A DNA stretch of 51,749 nt. It comes from Acidimicrobiia bacterium (GTDB lineage Bacteria > Actinomycetota > Acidimicrobiia > Spongiisociales > ZC4RG35). The notes under the pieces are model-generated. The model was not told the DNA's origin and did no database searches. It saw nothing but the letters and a program-made list of their open reading frames with translations. The position numbers and the translations under genes are program-made. The stretch lies in the NCBI GenBank assembly GCA_025922945.1, contig JAICGW010000003.1, positions 1 through 51,749 on the forward strand. The letters run 5' to 3'. The number at the start of each line of letters is the position of its first letter. Position 1 is the stretch's first letter. This document shows positions 37,325 to 46,983 of the stretch, one piece after another.

Positions 37325-38491
37325 ATGCACCCCGAGGACTCATCTGGATTTCGACTCATTGGGCACTCCGATCTCAATGGGCACGGAGACGGAATGCAGG
37401 TGATGCCTCTGGGAGACGTCCTCTACGTGGCCCATTTCGGGCCGAGCGGAAAAGGGACCACGATCCTCGACATCTCCGATCCGACGGGGCCGAGGGTGGT
37501 CCGGCAATGGGATGCTCCTCCGCGATCTCACACCCACAAGGTGCAGGTGGCCGACGGCTTTCTGATGACCAACCATGAGCTGTTTCGCAGTGATGGCCCG
37601 GCCCCGGTAGGCATGGCGATCTACGACCTCACCGATCCATTTGACCCTCGGCGGGTCGGCTTCATCGATACCGGCGGTCGGGGGGTACACCGCATCGTCT
37701 ACGAGGGTGGCGACCTCGCCTACATCTCGGCCACGCCGGAGGGCTTTACCGGCCGGATCTGGATGATCGTCGACGTGTCGGACCCCACCCACCCCACCGA
37801 GGTCGGTCGATGGTGGTGGCGCGGCATGTGGCGAGCCGGAGGAGAGACCATGGAGTTACCGGCCAACGAAGAATGGCTTGTCCACCACGCCATGGTTCAC
37901 GGCGATCGTGCCTACCTGGGATTTTGGAACGGAGGCATGGTGGTGATCGACATCTCGGAGCTCAGCGCCCCCAAGACTGTGTCACGGCTCGGATGGGACG
38001 AAGGGGGACACACCCACACCTGTCTCCCGCTCCCCGATCGCAATCTGGTTGTGGTCACTGATGAGGCGATCAGTGAGGGATGTCAGGGAGACCGGCACAT
38101 GGTGAGAATCGTCGACGTCACTGATGAGCGGGCTCCATTCGTTCGCTCCATTTGCCCAGTGCCAGAAGGCGACTTCTGCGAACGCGGATTGCGGTTTGGG
38201 TCTCATTGTCTGCACGAGAATCGTCCCAACAGCTACCGCAGCCAGGATCTTGTCTTTGTGACGTACTTCAATGCCGGCCTGCGGGTCTATGACACTTCGG
38301 ATGCAGACGAGCCGGTGGAAGTGGGGCACTGGATACCGGAATGTCCTCCCAACCAGTTGGCCGCGCAAATCAACGACGTGTACGTGTCCGATGACCTCAC
38401 CGTGTACACAACTGATCGGATCAACGGTGGGGTCTACATCCTCGAGCCCGAACGAGCTATGGCGGCTCGCATGACCCAAGCAGCCTGGTGA
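37325..38491 (+). CDS. LVIVD-repeat beta-propeller protein
   Basis: Repeated ILDISDP, IYDLTDP, IVDVSDP, VIDISE, IVDVTD, VYDTSD blades; His motifs HTHK, GVH, VHH, HTHT, FGSH. Confidence 0.82.
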   Translation: MHPEDSSGFRLIGHSDLNGHGDGMQVMPLGDVLYVAHFGPSGKGTTILDISDPTGPRVVRQWDAPPRSHTHKVQVADGFLMTNHELFRSDGPAPVGMAIYDLTDPFDPRRVGFIDTGGRGVHRIVYEGGDLAYISATPEGFTGRIWMIVDVSDPTHPTEVGRWWWRGMWRAGGETMELPANEEWLVHHAMVHGDRAYLGFWNGGMVVIDISELSAPKTVSRLGWDEGGHTHTCLPLPDRNLVVVTDEAISEGCQGDRHMVRIVDVTDERAPFVRSICPVPEGDFCERGLRFGSHCLHENRPNSYRSQDLVFVTYFNAGLRVYDTSDADEPVEVGHWIPECPPNQLAAQINDVYVSDDLTVYTTDRINGGVYILEPERAMAARMTQAAW

Positions 38492-38510
38492 AAGCGCAGG
38501 GGAGTAGCCA

Positions 38511-39515
38511 ATGACCACATACGACGTCCATGCCCACTGCATCCCCGCCGAGCTCTTCGACCTCTTTCGGTCCGACGGCCCGCGCCTCGGCATCGAGCTG
38601 AGAAACGATGGCAAGGGCGAGTACGCCGTCATTCGTGATCGGGTGCGACTGCAACCCTTCAACCCCGTCCTCAGCGATTTGGAGGCGCGTATCCAGGCGA
38701 TGGATGCGACGGGAGTCGATGTCCAGCTGCTCTCCGGTTGGATCGACCTCACCGCCTACGCCCTCGATGCCGACGCTGGGGCCGAGTATTCGCGACGGTT
38801 CAACGAGATCATCGCCGCCGAGGCGGGCCGCTTTCCAGACCGGCTCATTCCCCTCGGGACGATCCCTCTGCAAGATCCCCGGCGAGCCGCCCAGGAGTTG
38901 GACTATGCGGTAGGCGACCTGGGGATGGCCGGTGTGCAAATCGCGACCACCGTCGATGGCACCGACCTCGACCAAGCCGGACTCGACCCCTTTTGGGAAG
39001 CGGCCGCAGGCTTGAGATGTCTCATCGTCCTGCACCCCTGTGACCCTCTCCCCGGGGTCGACCTGTCCCGCAATTTTCTCGACAACATGGTGGGCCGCCC
39101 GGCCGAGAGCACCATCGCCGTGGCCCACCTTTTATTCAGCGGCGTTCTCGAGCGGTACCCCGAACTCGTCATCTGTGTTGTGCACGGCGGCGGTTTTCTT
39201 CCCTATCAGCTGGGGCGTATGCAGCGGGGCTTTGACGCGGTGCCCCGGTTGGCGGCCCAGAACATCTCGACCCCGCCGTCCGAGTTGGCCCGTCGGCTCT
39301 ACTACGACACCGTGCTCCATGACCCATCCCCGCTCGCTTTCCTCGTGGGCCACGTCGGAGTCGACCATGTCGTCATGGGGACGGACTACCCCTTCCCGAT
39401 GGGCGATCCGAAACCGGTGAACATGGTCAACGCCATCCCCGGGCTCTCCGATGAGCAGCGACAGCTAATTCTCGGGGACAACGTCTCCCGGCTGCTCCAA
39501 GGAGTCGACCGCTAG
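38511..39515 (+). CDS. Amidohydrolase_2 family (ACMSD-like) enzyme
   Basis: DVHAH, VLHP, HGGGFLP, YYDTV, MGTDYPFPM. Confidence 0.9.
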   Translation: MTTYDVHAHCIPAELFDLFRSDGPRLGIELRNDGKGEYAVIRDRVRLQPFNPVLSDLEARIQAMDATGVDVQLLSGWIDLTAYALDADAGAEYSRRFNEIIAAEAGRFPDRLIPLGTIPLQDPRRAAQELDYAVGDLGMAGVQIATTVDGTDLDQAGLDPFWEAAAGLRCLIVLHPCDPLPGVDLSRNFLDNMVGRPAESTIAVAHLLFSGVLERYPELVICVVHGGGFLPYQLGRMQRGFDAVPRLAAQNISTPPSELARRLYYDTVLHDPSPLAFLVGHVGVDHVVMGTDYPFPMGDPKPVNMVNAIPGLSDEQRQLILGDNVSRLLQGVDR

Positions 39516-40769
39516 GTCGGCGGGCGACCGGTCCTCGTAAGCCCACAACTGGGGCATGAAGCGGGCGATCGCCAGGGCACCGATGACACAGGCGATTCCG
39601 CCAGAGACCACAGAGAATCGCACCGAGGTCAGGGCGGCGACTGCACCAGCCTCGAGGTCGCCCAGTCTGGGCCCGCCACCCACCACCGCGGTGTGTACCG
39701 CGGATAGTCGACCACGCAAGGCGTCAGGCACCACCAATTGGAGGATGGTGTTGCGAAAGACGGCGGAGACCACGTCGGCACCACCGGCCACTGCCAGCAG
39801 GACCAAGGCGAAAGGCAGGTAACTGATCAGGCCGAAGATGGTGATGGCGAGTCCCCAGACCACCACGGCAATGACCACGACCCGGCCCCGTCGCGAAACC
39901 GCGCTGACCCACCCCGAAGTCAAGGCGGCAATCAGCGCCCCCATACCCGGAGCGGCGTAGAGAAGACCGACAGTCGTTGCATCGCCCCCGAATATCTCGG
40001 TGCCGAGAGCGGGGAAGAGGGCGTGGGGCATGCCGAAGATCATGGCGTTGAGATCGATGAGGAACCCCGACTGCAGCAGGGGCTGGCCCCTGAGATAAGT
40101 GAGGCCCTCTCTGATCGAGGACATGCTGACCGCCCGCCCGCCACCTTCCGGACGGAGAGGACCCACCCAAAGCAGGGTGAAGGCGGCGGCGGTAAACGCA
40201 ACGGCCTCGGCCGCGTAGGTGAACGGGAGGCTGTACCGAGCAATGAGAAGCCCCGCCAGAGCTGGTCCGACTGCGGCGGCGACTTCATGCATAGTGGAGT
40301 TCAAAGCGAAGCCCGAGGGCAGCAGTTCCCGACGCAACAAGGCAGGGATCGCAGCCATCCGAGCGGGACCATTGATTGCGCTGAGGGCGGCGTTCAGGGC
40401 GCTCAGCGCATAGAGGGGCCAAAGTGCCGGCTCGGCAGCGGAGGCGTTCAGCATCAGGCCGATGGCCGTGACGGCCAGCAAGACATGGCCTACAACCAGC
40501 AGCTTGCGGCGATCGAAAGCATCGGCCACCGCTCCGCCGACGAGCGATACTGCCATGAGGGGTATGAACTGGGCGATTCCCAAGGCGCCGACGGCCAGAG
40601 TCGAGCCGGTGATGAGGAAGACCTGATAAGGAACCGCCACGATGGTGATCTGCCGGCCGAAGTGGGCCAGGAGCTGGCCGAGGTAGAGGATCCGGAACCG
40701 GGGCGATTCCCGAAGGGGGGTGATATCGACGACGAGCCGCCGACGGGGACTGAGATCGCTCAAGGCCAA
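39465..40769 (-). CDS. MFS transporter (EntS-like)
   Basis: VDITPLRESPRFR, GAVADAFDRRK, DLNAMIFGMP, GGPRLGD. Confidence 0.88.
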   Translation of the reverse strand: MALSDLSPRRRLVVDITPLRESPRFRILYLGQLLAHFGRQITIVAVPYQVFLITGSTLAVGALGIAQFIPLMAVSLVGGAVADAFDRRKLLVVGHVLLAVTAIGLMLNASAAEPALWPLYALSALNAALSAINGPARMAAIPALLRRELLPSGFALNSTMHEVAAAVGPALAGLLIARYSLPFTYAAEAVAFTAAAFTLLWVGPLRPEGGGRAVSMSSIREGLTYLRGQPLLQSGFLIDLNAMIFGMPHALFPALGTEIFGGDATTVGLLYAAPGMGALIAALTSGWVSAVSRRGRVVVIAVVVWGLAITIFGLISYLPFALVLLAVAGGADVVSAVFRNTILQLVVPDALRGRLSAVHTAVVGGGPRLGDLEAGAVAALTSVRFSVVSGGIACVIGALAIARFMPQLWAYEDRSPADLAVDSLEQPGDVVPEN

Positions 40770-40813
40770 TCTGCCAAAGTGGGTTCTCCGATAGAACGAT
40801 TGTGCATGACCAC

Positions 40814-41947
40814 GTGAGCGCCATATTCAACCCCGATCTCGAGTCGCTGACCTGCTTCGATTGCGGGGCACGTCATGAGCCCGGCCGGCTCCTCTCCACG
40901 TGCGAAAGATGTGGACTTCCTCTGCAGGTCAATATGCGGTTGAAACCAGAAACCGATCCGGAATCGGTCATCGACCGGTCGTTTTCGTCGCTTTGGAGGT
41001 ACCGGGGGGTCCTGCCGATCCAGCCCGAGGGGGCCATCACCCTGACCGAGGGGTGGACACCTGTGGTGCCGGTCGATGCCACGACCTGGGTCAAAGACGA
41101 GGCGCGGAATCCCACCGGTTCGTTCAAGGCGCGGGGGATGTCGATGGCGGTTTCGGGGGCCGTCGCCCTCGGAGTCGAGCGCCTGGTCGCACCTTCAGCC
41201 GGGAATGCGGCAGGAGCGCTCGCGGCCTATGGCGCCGCCGCCGGCGTCGAAGTGCTGGTGGCGATGCCCGAGGATACGCCCCGGGCATTCGTTGAGGAAT
41301 GCCGCCACTACGGAGCGCGGGTGGAGCTCGTCCCGGGGACCATCTCCGACGCGGGGCGTTGGCTTGGCGACAATCGGTCACCGGGTGACTTCGACCTCTC
41401 GACTCTGAAAGAGCCCTACCGGGTCGAAGGCAAGAAGACCATGGGCTACGAGCTCTGGGAACAGTTCGAGGGAGACCTCCCCGACGTGATCATCTATCCC
41501 ACCGGTGGCGGGACCGGCCTGGTGGGGATGTGGAAGGCCTTTGACGAAATGGAGACCATGGGGTGGATCGGCCCCGCTCGACCGCGGCTGGTGGCGGTGC
41601 AATCGGATGGCTGTGCGCCGATCGTGGAGGGGATGCGAAATGACCGGGAACGGACTCAACCCTGGCCCGATCCCAAAACCAAGGCCTATGGGCTGAGGGT
41701 TCCCAACCCGATCGCCGGATTCCTGTGTCTTCGTGCCTTGCGCCAGACGAAGGGCACCGCCGTCGCCGTACCCGAGAAGGACATCATTCCGGCGGCGGCG
41801 GCCATGTCCGCGGCAACCGGGGTGGACGCTTGCCCGGAGGCGGGGGCGGCGTGGGCCGCCCTGGGGACTCTCAGAGATCAGGGGTGGACGGGAGGCGAGG
41901 ACCGTGTACTGGTGTTCAACACCGGGACCGGCATCAAATACCGCTGA
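40814..41947 (+). CDS. Threonine synthase-like PLP enzyme (fold type II)
   Basis: N-terminal CxxC..CxxC, NPTGSFKARG, SAGNA, YRVEGKKT, PTGGGTG, FNTGTG. Confidence 0.85.
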   Translation: MSAIFNPDLESLTCFDCGARHEPGRLLSTCERCGLPLQVNMRLKPETDPESVIDRSFSSLWRYRGVLPIQPEGAITLTEGWTPVVPVDATTWVKDEARNPTGSFKARGMSMAVSGAVALGVERLVAPSAGNAAGALAAYGAAAGVEVLVAMPEDTPRAFVEECRHYGARVELVPGTISDAGRWLGDNRSPGDFDLSTLKEPYRVEGKKTMGYELWEQFEGDLPDVIIYPTGGGTGLVGMWKAFDEMETMGWIGPARPRLVAVQSDGCAPIVEGMRNDRERTQPWPDPKTKAYGLRVPNPIAGFLCLRALRQTKGTAVAVPEKDIIPAAAAMSAATGVDACPEAGAAWAALGTLRDQGWTGGEDRVLVFNTGTGIKYR

Positions 41948-41950
41948 ACC

Positions 41951-42880
41951 TCAGCGGCCCTCGGTGCGGGGGTCGAGGACATCGCGCAGACCGTCGCCGA
42001 CGAGGTTGAACGAGAGCGCCCAGAGGAACACCATCAGGCCGGGGAAGGCCGAGGTCCACCAGCGGCCGGCGATGATGTCGGCTTGGCCCTCGCTCACCAA
42101 AGTGCCCCATTCCGCTTGGCCGGCAACGGCCAACCCGATGAAGGCGAGGGTCGCTCCCAGGAGCACGGCGTGGCCCATGTCCAATGTGGCCTGGACGGCG
42201 ACCGGCGTCAACGAGTTGGGGAGGATGTCTTTGCGGATGATTCCGAACTTCGAGTCTCCGATCGTCCGCGCGGCGTCGACATAGTCTTCCTCGCGCACCT
42301 GGAGGATCTGGCTGCGGATGATGCGGGCGTAACGCGCCCACATGATTGCGGCCAGGGCCACGACGATGTTGACGAACGACGGTCCCAGAATGGCCGCGAT
42401 CGCCAGCGGGAAGACCAGCGTCGGTATGGAAAGGAAGACGTCCACCGTCCTCATCAGAAAGGCGTCGACCTTCCCCCCCACGATTCCGGCCGTGCAGCCG
42501 ACGATCAGACCCATCAGGACTGCTCCGGCCACCACATAGAGCGAGAGCTGTAGTGACAGCCGCGCACCCCAGACGATGCCATAGAGGACATCTCCACCGA
42601 GCCGGGTCGTTCCGAGGGGGTGACCTTCGGTCCCGGGTGGGACGGCGACCGCGGTCAGGTCGCGCGGCATCTGATAGGCGCCGCGGGGGTTCTCGTCCAC
42701 GATCAGGGGAGCGAAGATCGCCATCGTCAGCATGGCCGCGATGAGTGTGGCTCCAAAGGCCGTGCTCCCGCGGCTGAACACTTCCCTGGTCGTCGCCCAC
42801 AGTCGCCGAGCCTTGACCCTGATCGGGGTGTCCCGGAGCACACGCGGCGCTGTCTCGGTGCGGACCGTCTGAAACCACAT
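41951..42880 (-). CDS. Peptide ABC transporter permease (DppC-like)
   Basis: HPLGTT.LG.D, EDYVDAARTIG, FNLVGDGLRDVLDPR. Confidence 0.92.
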   Translation of the reverse strand: MWFQTVRTETAPRVLRDTPIRVKARRLWATTREVFSRGSTAFGATLIAAMLTMAIFAPLIVDENPRGAYQMPRDLTAVAVPPGTEGHPLGTTRLGGDVLYGIVWGARLSLQLSLYVVAGAVLMGLIVGCTAGIVGGKVDAFLMRTVDVFLSIPTLVFPLAIAAILGPSFVNIVVALAAIMWARYARIIRSQILQVREEDYVDAARTIGDSKFGIIRKDILPNSLTPVAVQATLDMGHAVLLGATLAFIGLAVAGQAEWGTLVSEGQADIIAGRWWTSAFPGLMVFLWALSFNLVGDGLRDVLDPRTEGR

Positions 42881-42882
42881 AA

Positions 42883-43893
42883 TCAGGTCTTCCTCAGCAC
42901 GACGCGGCGATCAAGATACCCGTAGGTGACATCGACGAGCAGGTTGATGCAGAGGAAGAGGATGCTGGTGAAGATGACGAAGGCGAGGGTGGTGGCCTGA
43001 TCACCGCTCAGAACGGAATCGGCCATCCAACTGCCAAGGCCGGGCCAGCCGAAGATCGTTTCCACTACCACCGTTCCCTCGAACATGATCCCGATTGAGA
43101 GACCTATGACCGTGACCGTGGGGATGAAGGCATTGCGGCGGGCGTGACGACGGACGACGAGTCGCTCGGGGAGGCCTCGGGCCCGAGCCGCATCGACATA
43201 GTCCTTACCCATCTCCTCGAGGAGCGACGAGCGCATCATTCTGGTGACGATGCCGACTGCCCCGTATCCCAGGGTGAGGGCCGGAAGGACGAGGTGCCAG
43301 ACCGCATCCTTGAGGCCGGCCCAGCTACCGGCGAGGATCGAATCGATCACGTAGAAGTTGGTGGGATGAGGGATGCTGGCCCATACCCGGAAATCGGATC
43401 TCCCGTGCGGGAACCAGCCGAGATAGGACCAGAAGATGATGAGGAGCACGATCCCAAGCCAGAACGTGGGCATGCTGGCTCCACCAACTGCGAACACACT
43501 TGTGAGCTGATCGGACAGCCGGTTGCGACGTCTGGCGGAGAACGTGCCGAGCCCGATCCCCAACGTGACCGCCCACAAAGAGGCGGCGACGCCCAACTCG
43601 AAAGAGGCGGGGATCCGCGACCTGAACACATCCACCACCGGCGAGGCGGCGACCGCCGACCACCCCAATTCACCCCGGATCACTCCTCCGAGCCAGGCCA
43701 GGTATTGCATGGGCACCGGCTCGTCGAGGTTGAACCGCTCCTCCAGCGCGGCGATCTCTTCATCGGTCATCCCCGGTTCTAGATAGGGACCGATCGTGGT
43801 GCCGCCGAGCCGGGTCATCGAGAAAACGAGGATGCTGACGACCACGATTACGAAGGGCAGTGCCAGCAACCGACGCGTTATGTACCTATGCAC
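42883..43893 (-). CDS. Peptide ABC transporter permease (DppB-like)
   Basis: YITRRLL, HLVLPALTL, DYVDAARARGL, VETIFGWPGLG. Confidence 0.92.
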   Translation of the reverse strand: MHRYITRRLLALPFVIVVVSILVFSMTRLGGTTIGPYLEPGMTDEEIAALEERFNLDEPVPMQYLAWLGGVIRGELGWSAVAASPVVDVFRSRIPASFELGVAASLWAVTLGIGLGTFSARRRNRLSDQLTSVFAVGGASMPTFWLGIVLLIIFWSYLGWFPHGRSDFRVWASIPHPTNFYVIDSILAGSWAGLKDAVWHLVLPALTLGYGAVGIVTRMMRSSLLEEMGKDYVDAARARGLPERLVVRRHARRNAFIPTVTVIGLSIGIMFEGTVVVETIFGWPGLGSWMADSVLSGDQATTLAFVIFTSILFLCINLLVDVTYGYLDRRVVLRKT

Positions 43894-43929
43894 GCTTCAG
43901 ACTTCCTTCGGCGAGGATCGGTAACGACC

Positions 43930-44006
43930 TGACAGTACCGCCGGACAGGAATTGTCCCGCCCGGCGGTGCGATGCACTCCGAGCACTTCGGGTGCAACTT
44001 CTGTCA
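43930..44006. promoter_or_regulatory. Structured intercistronic region after the substrate-binding protein gene
   Basis: Outer TGACAG/CTGTCA pair enclosing ACCGCCGG..CCGGCGGT and TGCAC..GTGCA stems. Confidence 0.5.
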
Positions 44007-44022
44007 TTGGATCCGAGCTACC

Positions 44023-45717
44023 TCACTTGCTGTAGAGCGCCCAGTACTGCGACGGCCGGGCCCACATCGGGTTCTCGACGTGACCCTGCACCCACTCACC
44101 GGATGCCGAGGGAGCGCCCTCGTTGGCCGGCATGATCCACATCGCCTCCTCGAAGAGAACGTTTTGGATCTCAGAGAGGATGCTCAGGCGCTCCTCTTCG
44201 TCCAGGGTGGTGCGAGCGGAGTTGATCAGAGTGTCGATCGCCTCGGGATCGGAGTAGCCGTCGACGAAGCTGTTGACCGCCCCGTACCTGCCGTCTGACA
44301 GTGCGCTGTCGAACAGGTAGGCGTCCGGCGTGCTGTATTGCGAGCTGGTGTACGACCACATCGCCACCGGCAAGGGGTCAGTCGCCAGAATCTCGTCGAA
44401 CTGTGCCTCCGGCACGGCCATCACATTGACATGAAAGTTCGGGTTAAGAGCTTCGATGCTGTCTTTCAGCGTCAGAGCGGCACCAGTGAACCCCTCGTGA
44501 GTTTGGTCGCTGGCTATGGAGATGGTGAATCCCTCATCCCAGTAACCGGCCTCGCGGAAGAGCTCCTCCGCCCGAGCCGGATCGGTCTCGTAAATCGGAG
44601 CATCGGGGTCGTACCCATACATCTCGACGGGGAGGATGAAGCTGTTACGACCACCGAGTCCGCCCAGGATCCCGTCGATCATGCCCTGGTAGTTGTAGGC
44701 ATAGTTAAAGGCTTGCCGTACCCGCACGTCCTGGAAGAAGTCGAGCGGGATGGTGTCGCCCTCGGGTAGGCAGTCCTCGCAGATGTTCATGTTCATGCCG
44801 ATCTGGAGCACCTGCAGGTCAAGGATGCTGGTGTCGACGACCGCGTGCTCGATAGGCTCGATCGAGGGCACGTCCGTGGGGCTGATGTCGACGATGTCGT
44901 ACTCCCTTGCCTGCAAACCGGTGGCCGGCGTGTCGACGATCAACTCCCAACGCACGGGCAGGTGGGCCGGCTCACCCCAATAGTCGGGGTTGATGTCGAA
45001 GGTCATGCGGTCACCGCGTTCCCAGGTGGCGAGGGTGTACGGACCGGTCCCCACCATGTTCTGGGCCATGAACTCGTTGGGCTGACCGGCGACCACGCCA
45101 CCGTTTGCTTCCACCGCGTCCTGGCTGACGACTGATGCCACTGGATGGGCAGCGAGGAAGGCGAGGAAGGAGGCGTCGACCTCGTTCAGGGTCACTTCGA
45201 AGGTGAGGTCGTCGACTACCCGGGTCTCGGCCACGTTCTCAAACAGTGGTGCCTGGCCTTCGGGAAGGTTCATCTCGACGACGCGATCCCACGAGTACTT
45301 GACGTCCTCGGCCGTCATGTCGGTGCCGTCGGAGAAGACCACGCCCTCCCGGAGCGGGAAGGTGTAGGTAAGCCCGTCCTCGGAGAGCAAGCCATTCTCC
45401 TGGCTCGGAACCTCGGTCGAAAGCTGCGGGATAACCGAACCGTCCTCCGCGTCAATGAAGACCAGCCGGTCGTAGACATTGAGGATGACGTCCATGCCGA
45501 CATCGTTCCCGTTGACGGCAGCGGGATCGAGGTTGAAGACGTCGTCGTTGACAGTGGCCACCAGCACGTCGGGGTTGGGCACGTCACCGGTACCTGCCGC
45601 CGCCGTCGTACCAGAGCTCGATGTCGTTTCGGTAGTCCCTGTGGCGCACGCCGATCCAACCAGCGTGAGGACGGCGCATAAGGCCAATATCCTCGCCGCA
45701 AACGATTTTCGTCCCAT
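44023..45717 (-). CDS. Family 5 ABC substrate-binding lipoprotein
   Basis: Lipobox VGSAC, LDPA, YTFPLREGVVFSDG, VGTGPY, VRVRQA; RBS GGAGG before ATG 45717. Confidence 0.92.
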   Translation of the reverse strand: MGRKSFAARILALCAVLTLVGSACATGTTETTSSSGTTAAAGTGDVPNPDVLVATVNDDVFNLDPAAVNGNDVGMDVILNVYDRLVFIDAEDGSVIPQLSTEVPSQENGLLSEDGLTYTFPLREGVVFSDGTDMTAEDVKYSWDRVVEMNLPEGQAPLFENVAETRVVDDLTFEVTLNEVDASFLAFLAAHPVASVVSQDAVEANGGVVAGQPNEFMAQNMVGTGPYTLATWERGDRMTFDINPDYWGEPAHLPVRWELIVDTPATGLQAREYDIVDISPTDVPSIEPIEHAVVDTSILDLQVLQIGMNMNICEDCLPEGDTIPLDFFQDVRVRQAFNYAYNYQGMIDGILGGLGGRNSFILPVEMYGYDPDAPIYETDPARAEELFREAGYWDEGFTISIASDQTHEGFTGAALTLKDSIEALNPNFHVNVMAVPEAQFDEILATDPLPVAMWSYTSSQYSTPDAYLFDSALSDGRYGAVNSFVDGYSDPEAIDTLINSARTTLDEEERLSILSEIQNVLFEEAMWIMPANEGAPSASGEWVQGHVENPMWARPSQYWALYSK

Positions 45718-45763
45718 GGGAGGCCTCCTCAAATTGTCTCCAGACGAGCGGGCTCGATCGCCA

Positions 45764-45779
45764 GCCCAATCGTTTGCAC
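45764..45779. promoter_or_regulatory. Putative LacI-type operator
   Basis: GCCCAATCGTTTGCAC (reverse complement GTGCAAACGATTGGGC) upstream of the substrate-binding protein gene. Confidence 0.6.
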
Positions 45780-45834
45780 GCTAACCAGGGGCGCCGTCCT
45801 CTGCAACCGATCCCAGAGGTCGTTTGGGGCCGAA

Positions 45835-46983
45835 TCAGCCGATGCGGCCCAGTCCCCGGGGGAAGTCATGGAGGGAGCGGTGCCCGTTTTGAGTTACCGC
45901 AACGAGATGCCCGGTCTGTACTCCGGCCCGTTCGTCGGTGGTGATGACGTTGGGCTGGATGACCAATGCCATGCCCTCCTCGAGTGTGAGGTCGGGTATG
46001 GGCAGGTTGGGGCGGCTCTTGGCCCCTAGGACCGGCGGCAGGTACCCACCGCCATAGCCATGAACAAGGTCGTCATAAATGGTGAACCCCATCTCTTCGA
46101 TGACTGCCGATGCCTCGACCAGGTCGGCGGCATGGGCGCCGGGACGAATTGCGGCGGCGATGGCATCGAAGGCGGCGTCGGCCGCCCGATGGAGGTCAAC
46201 GAATAGCGGCGTCGGGTCGGCGTTGATGCTGAAGGTCCGCAATACCTGGGCGGCATACCCCCAGTAGGCGGCGCTGATCTCGCAGAAGAGGATGTCACCG
46301 GCTTGCAGTCGCCGGGTCGACTGGAACTGGGACGGAACGCACTTGTTGGGATCGTTCATCGAGGTGACGGCGAAGTAGTGGATGTGGTTGGTGCCGCCCT
46401 CGGCCAGGTAGGCACCTTCGACAATCGCCGCCAACTGCCGCTCATCCATCCCGATTTCGACCTGGTCGACCAGGGCGGCGACCGCCTGATCGGAGAGCCG
46501 GGCAGCCACCTCCAGTCGCGCGATTTCCTCCTTTGACTTGATCAGCCGCAGTCGTTGGTACTCGGCATCCAGTTCGACCAACTCCCCCACTGCGCTCGCC
46601 AATCGCAAATGACTTCGGTGACGTAGGGGTCCCAATACTCCGACCCGCTGACCCGGCCCAACCCGAGCCCGAAGCAGCTCTTCGACGCGGGCGATGGTCG
46701 AGGGCCCGCCCCATTCCACCTCGCAGTCGGAGGCGATGGTGCGCGCATTGGGCAGATGGTTGTAATGCTGCACGAAGAGGCGCGGTGTCTCCTCGGGCGT
46801 GAACAGCAGGGCGGCTTCGGTGGTAACCGGCCAGTCGGTCAGCCAGGGGACGGCGGACCCGACGCGCTCGGCGCCATAAGCCAGGAGATGCGAAACTCCG
46901 GCGCCCTCCATCAGCTCGACGATCTTCTGGCGCCGTCCGACGAGCTCTTCCTGGCTGAATTTCGGATAGAGGTTTTCGGTCAT
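45835..46983 (-). CDS. M24 fold protein with degenerate metal site
   Basis: RLIKSKEEI, EISAAYWGYAAQVLRT, VHGYG, VIQPNV. Confidence 0.82.
   Translation of the reverse strand: MTENLYPKFSQEELVGRRQKIVELMEGAGVSHLLAYGAERVGSAVPWLTDWPVTTEAALLFTPEETPRLFVQHYNHLPNARTIASDCEVEWGGPSTIARVEELLRARVGPGQRVGVLGPLRHRSHLRLASAVGELVELDAEYQRLRLIKSKEEIARLEVAARLSDQAVAALVDQVEIGMDERQLAAIVEGAYLAEGGTNHIHYFAVTSMNDPNKCVPSQFQSTRRLQAGDILFCEISAAYWGYAAQVLRTFSINADPTPLFVDLHRAADAAFDAIAAAIRPGAHAADLVEASAVIEEMGFTIYDDLVHGYGGGYLPPVLGAKSRPNLPIPDLTLEEGMALVIQPNVITTDERAGVQTGHLVAVTQNGHRSLHDFPRGLGRIG

Noticed and set aside
39465-39515. 51-bp convergent overlap of the MFS and amidohydrolase genes
   Set aside because: Short tail overlaps are common in GC-rich genomes; no further signal.
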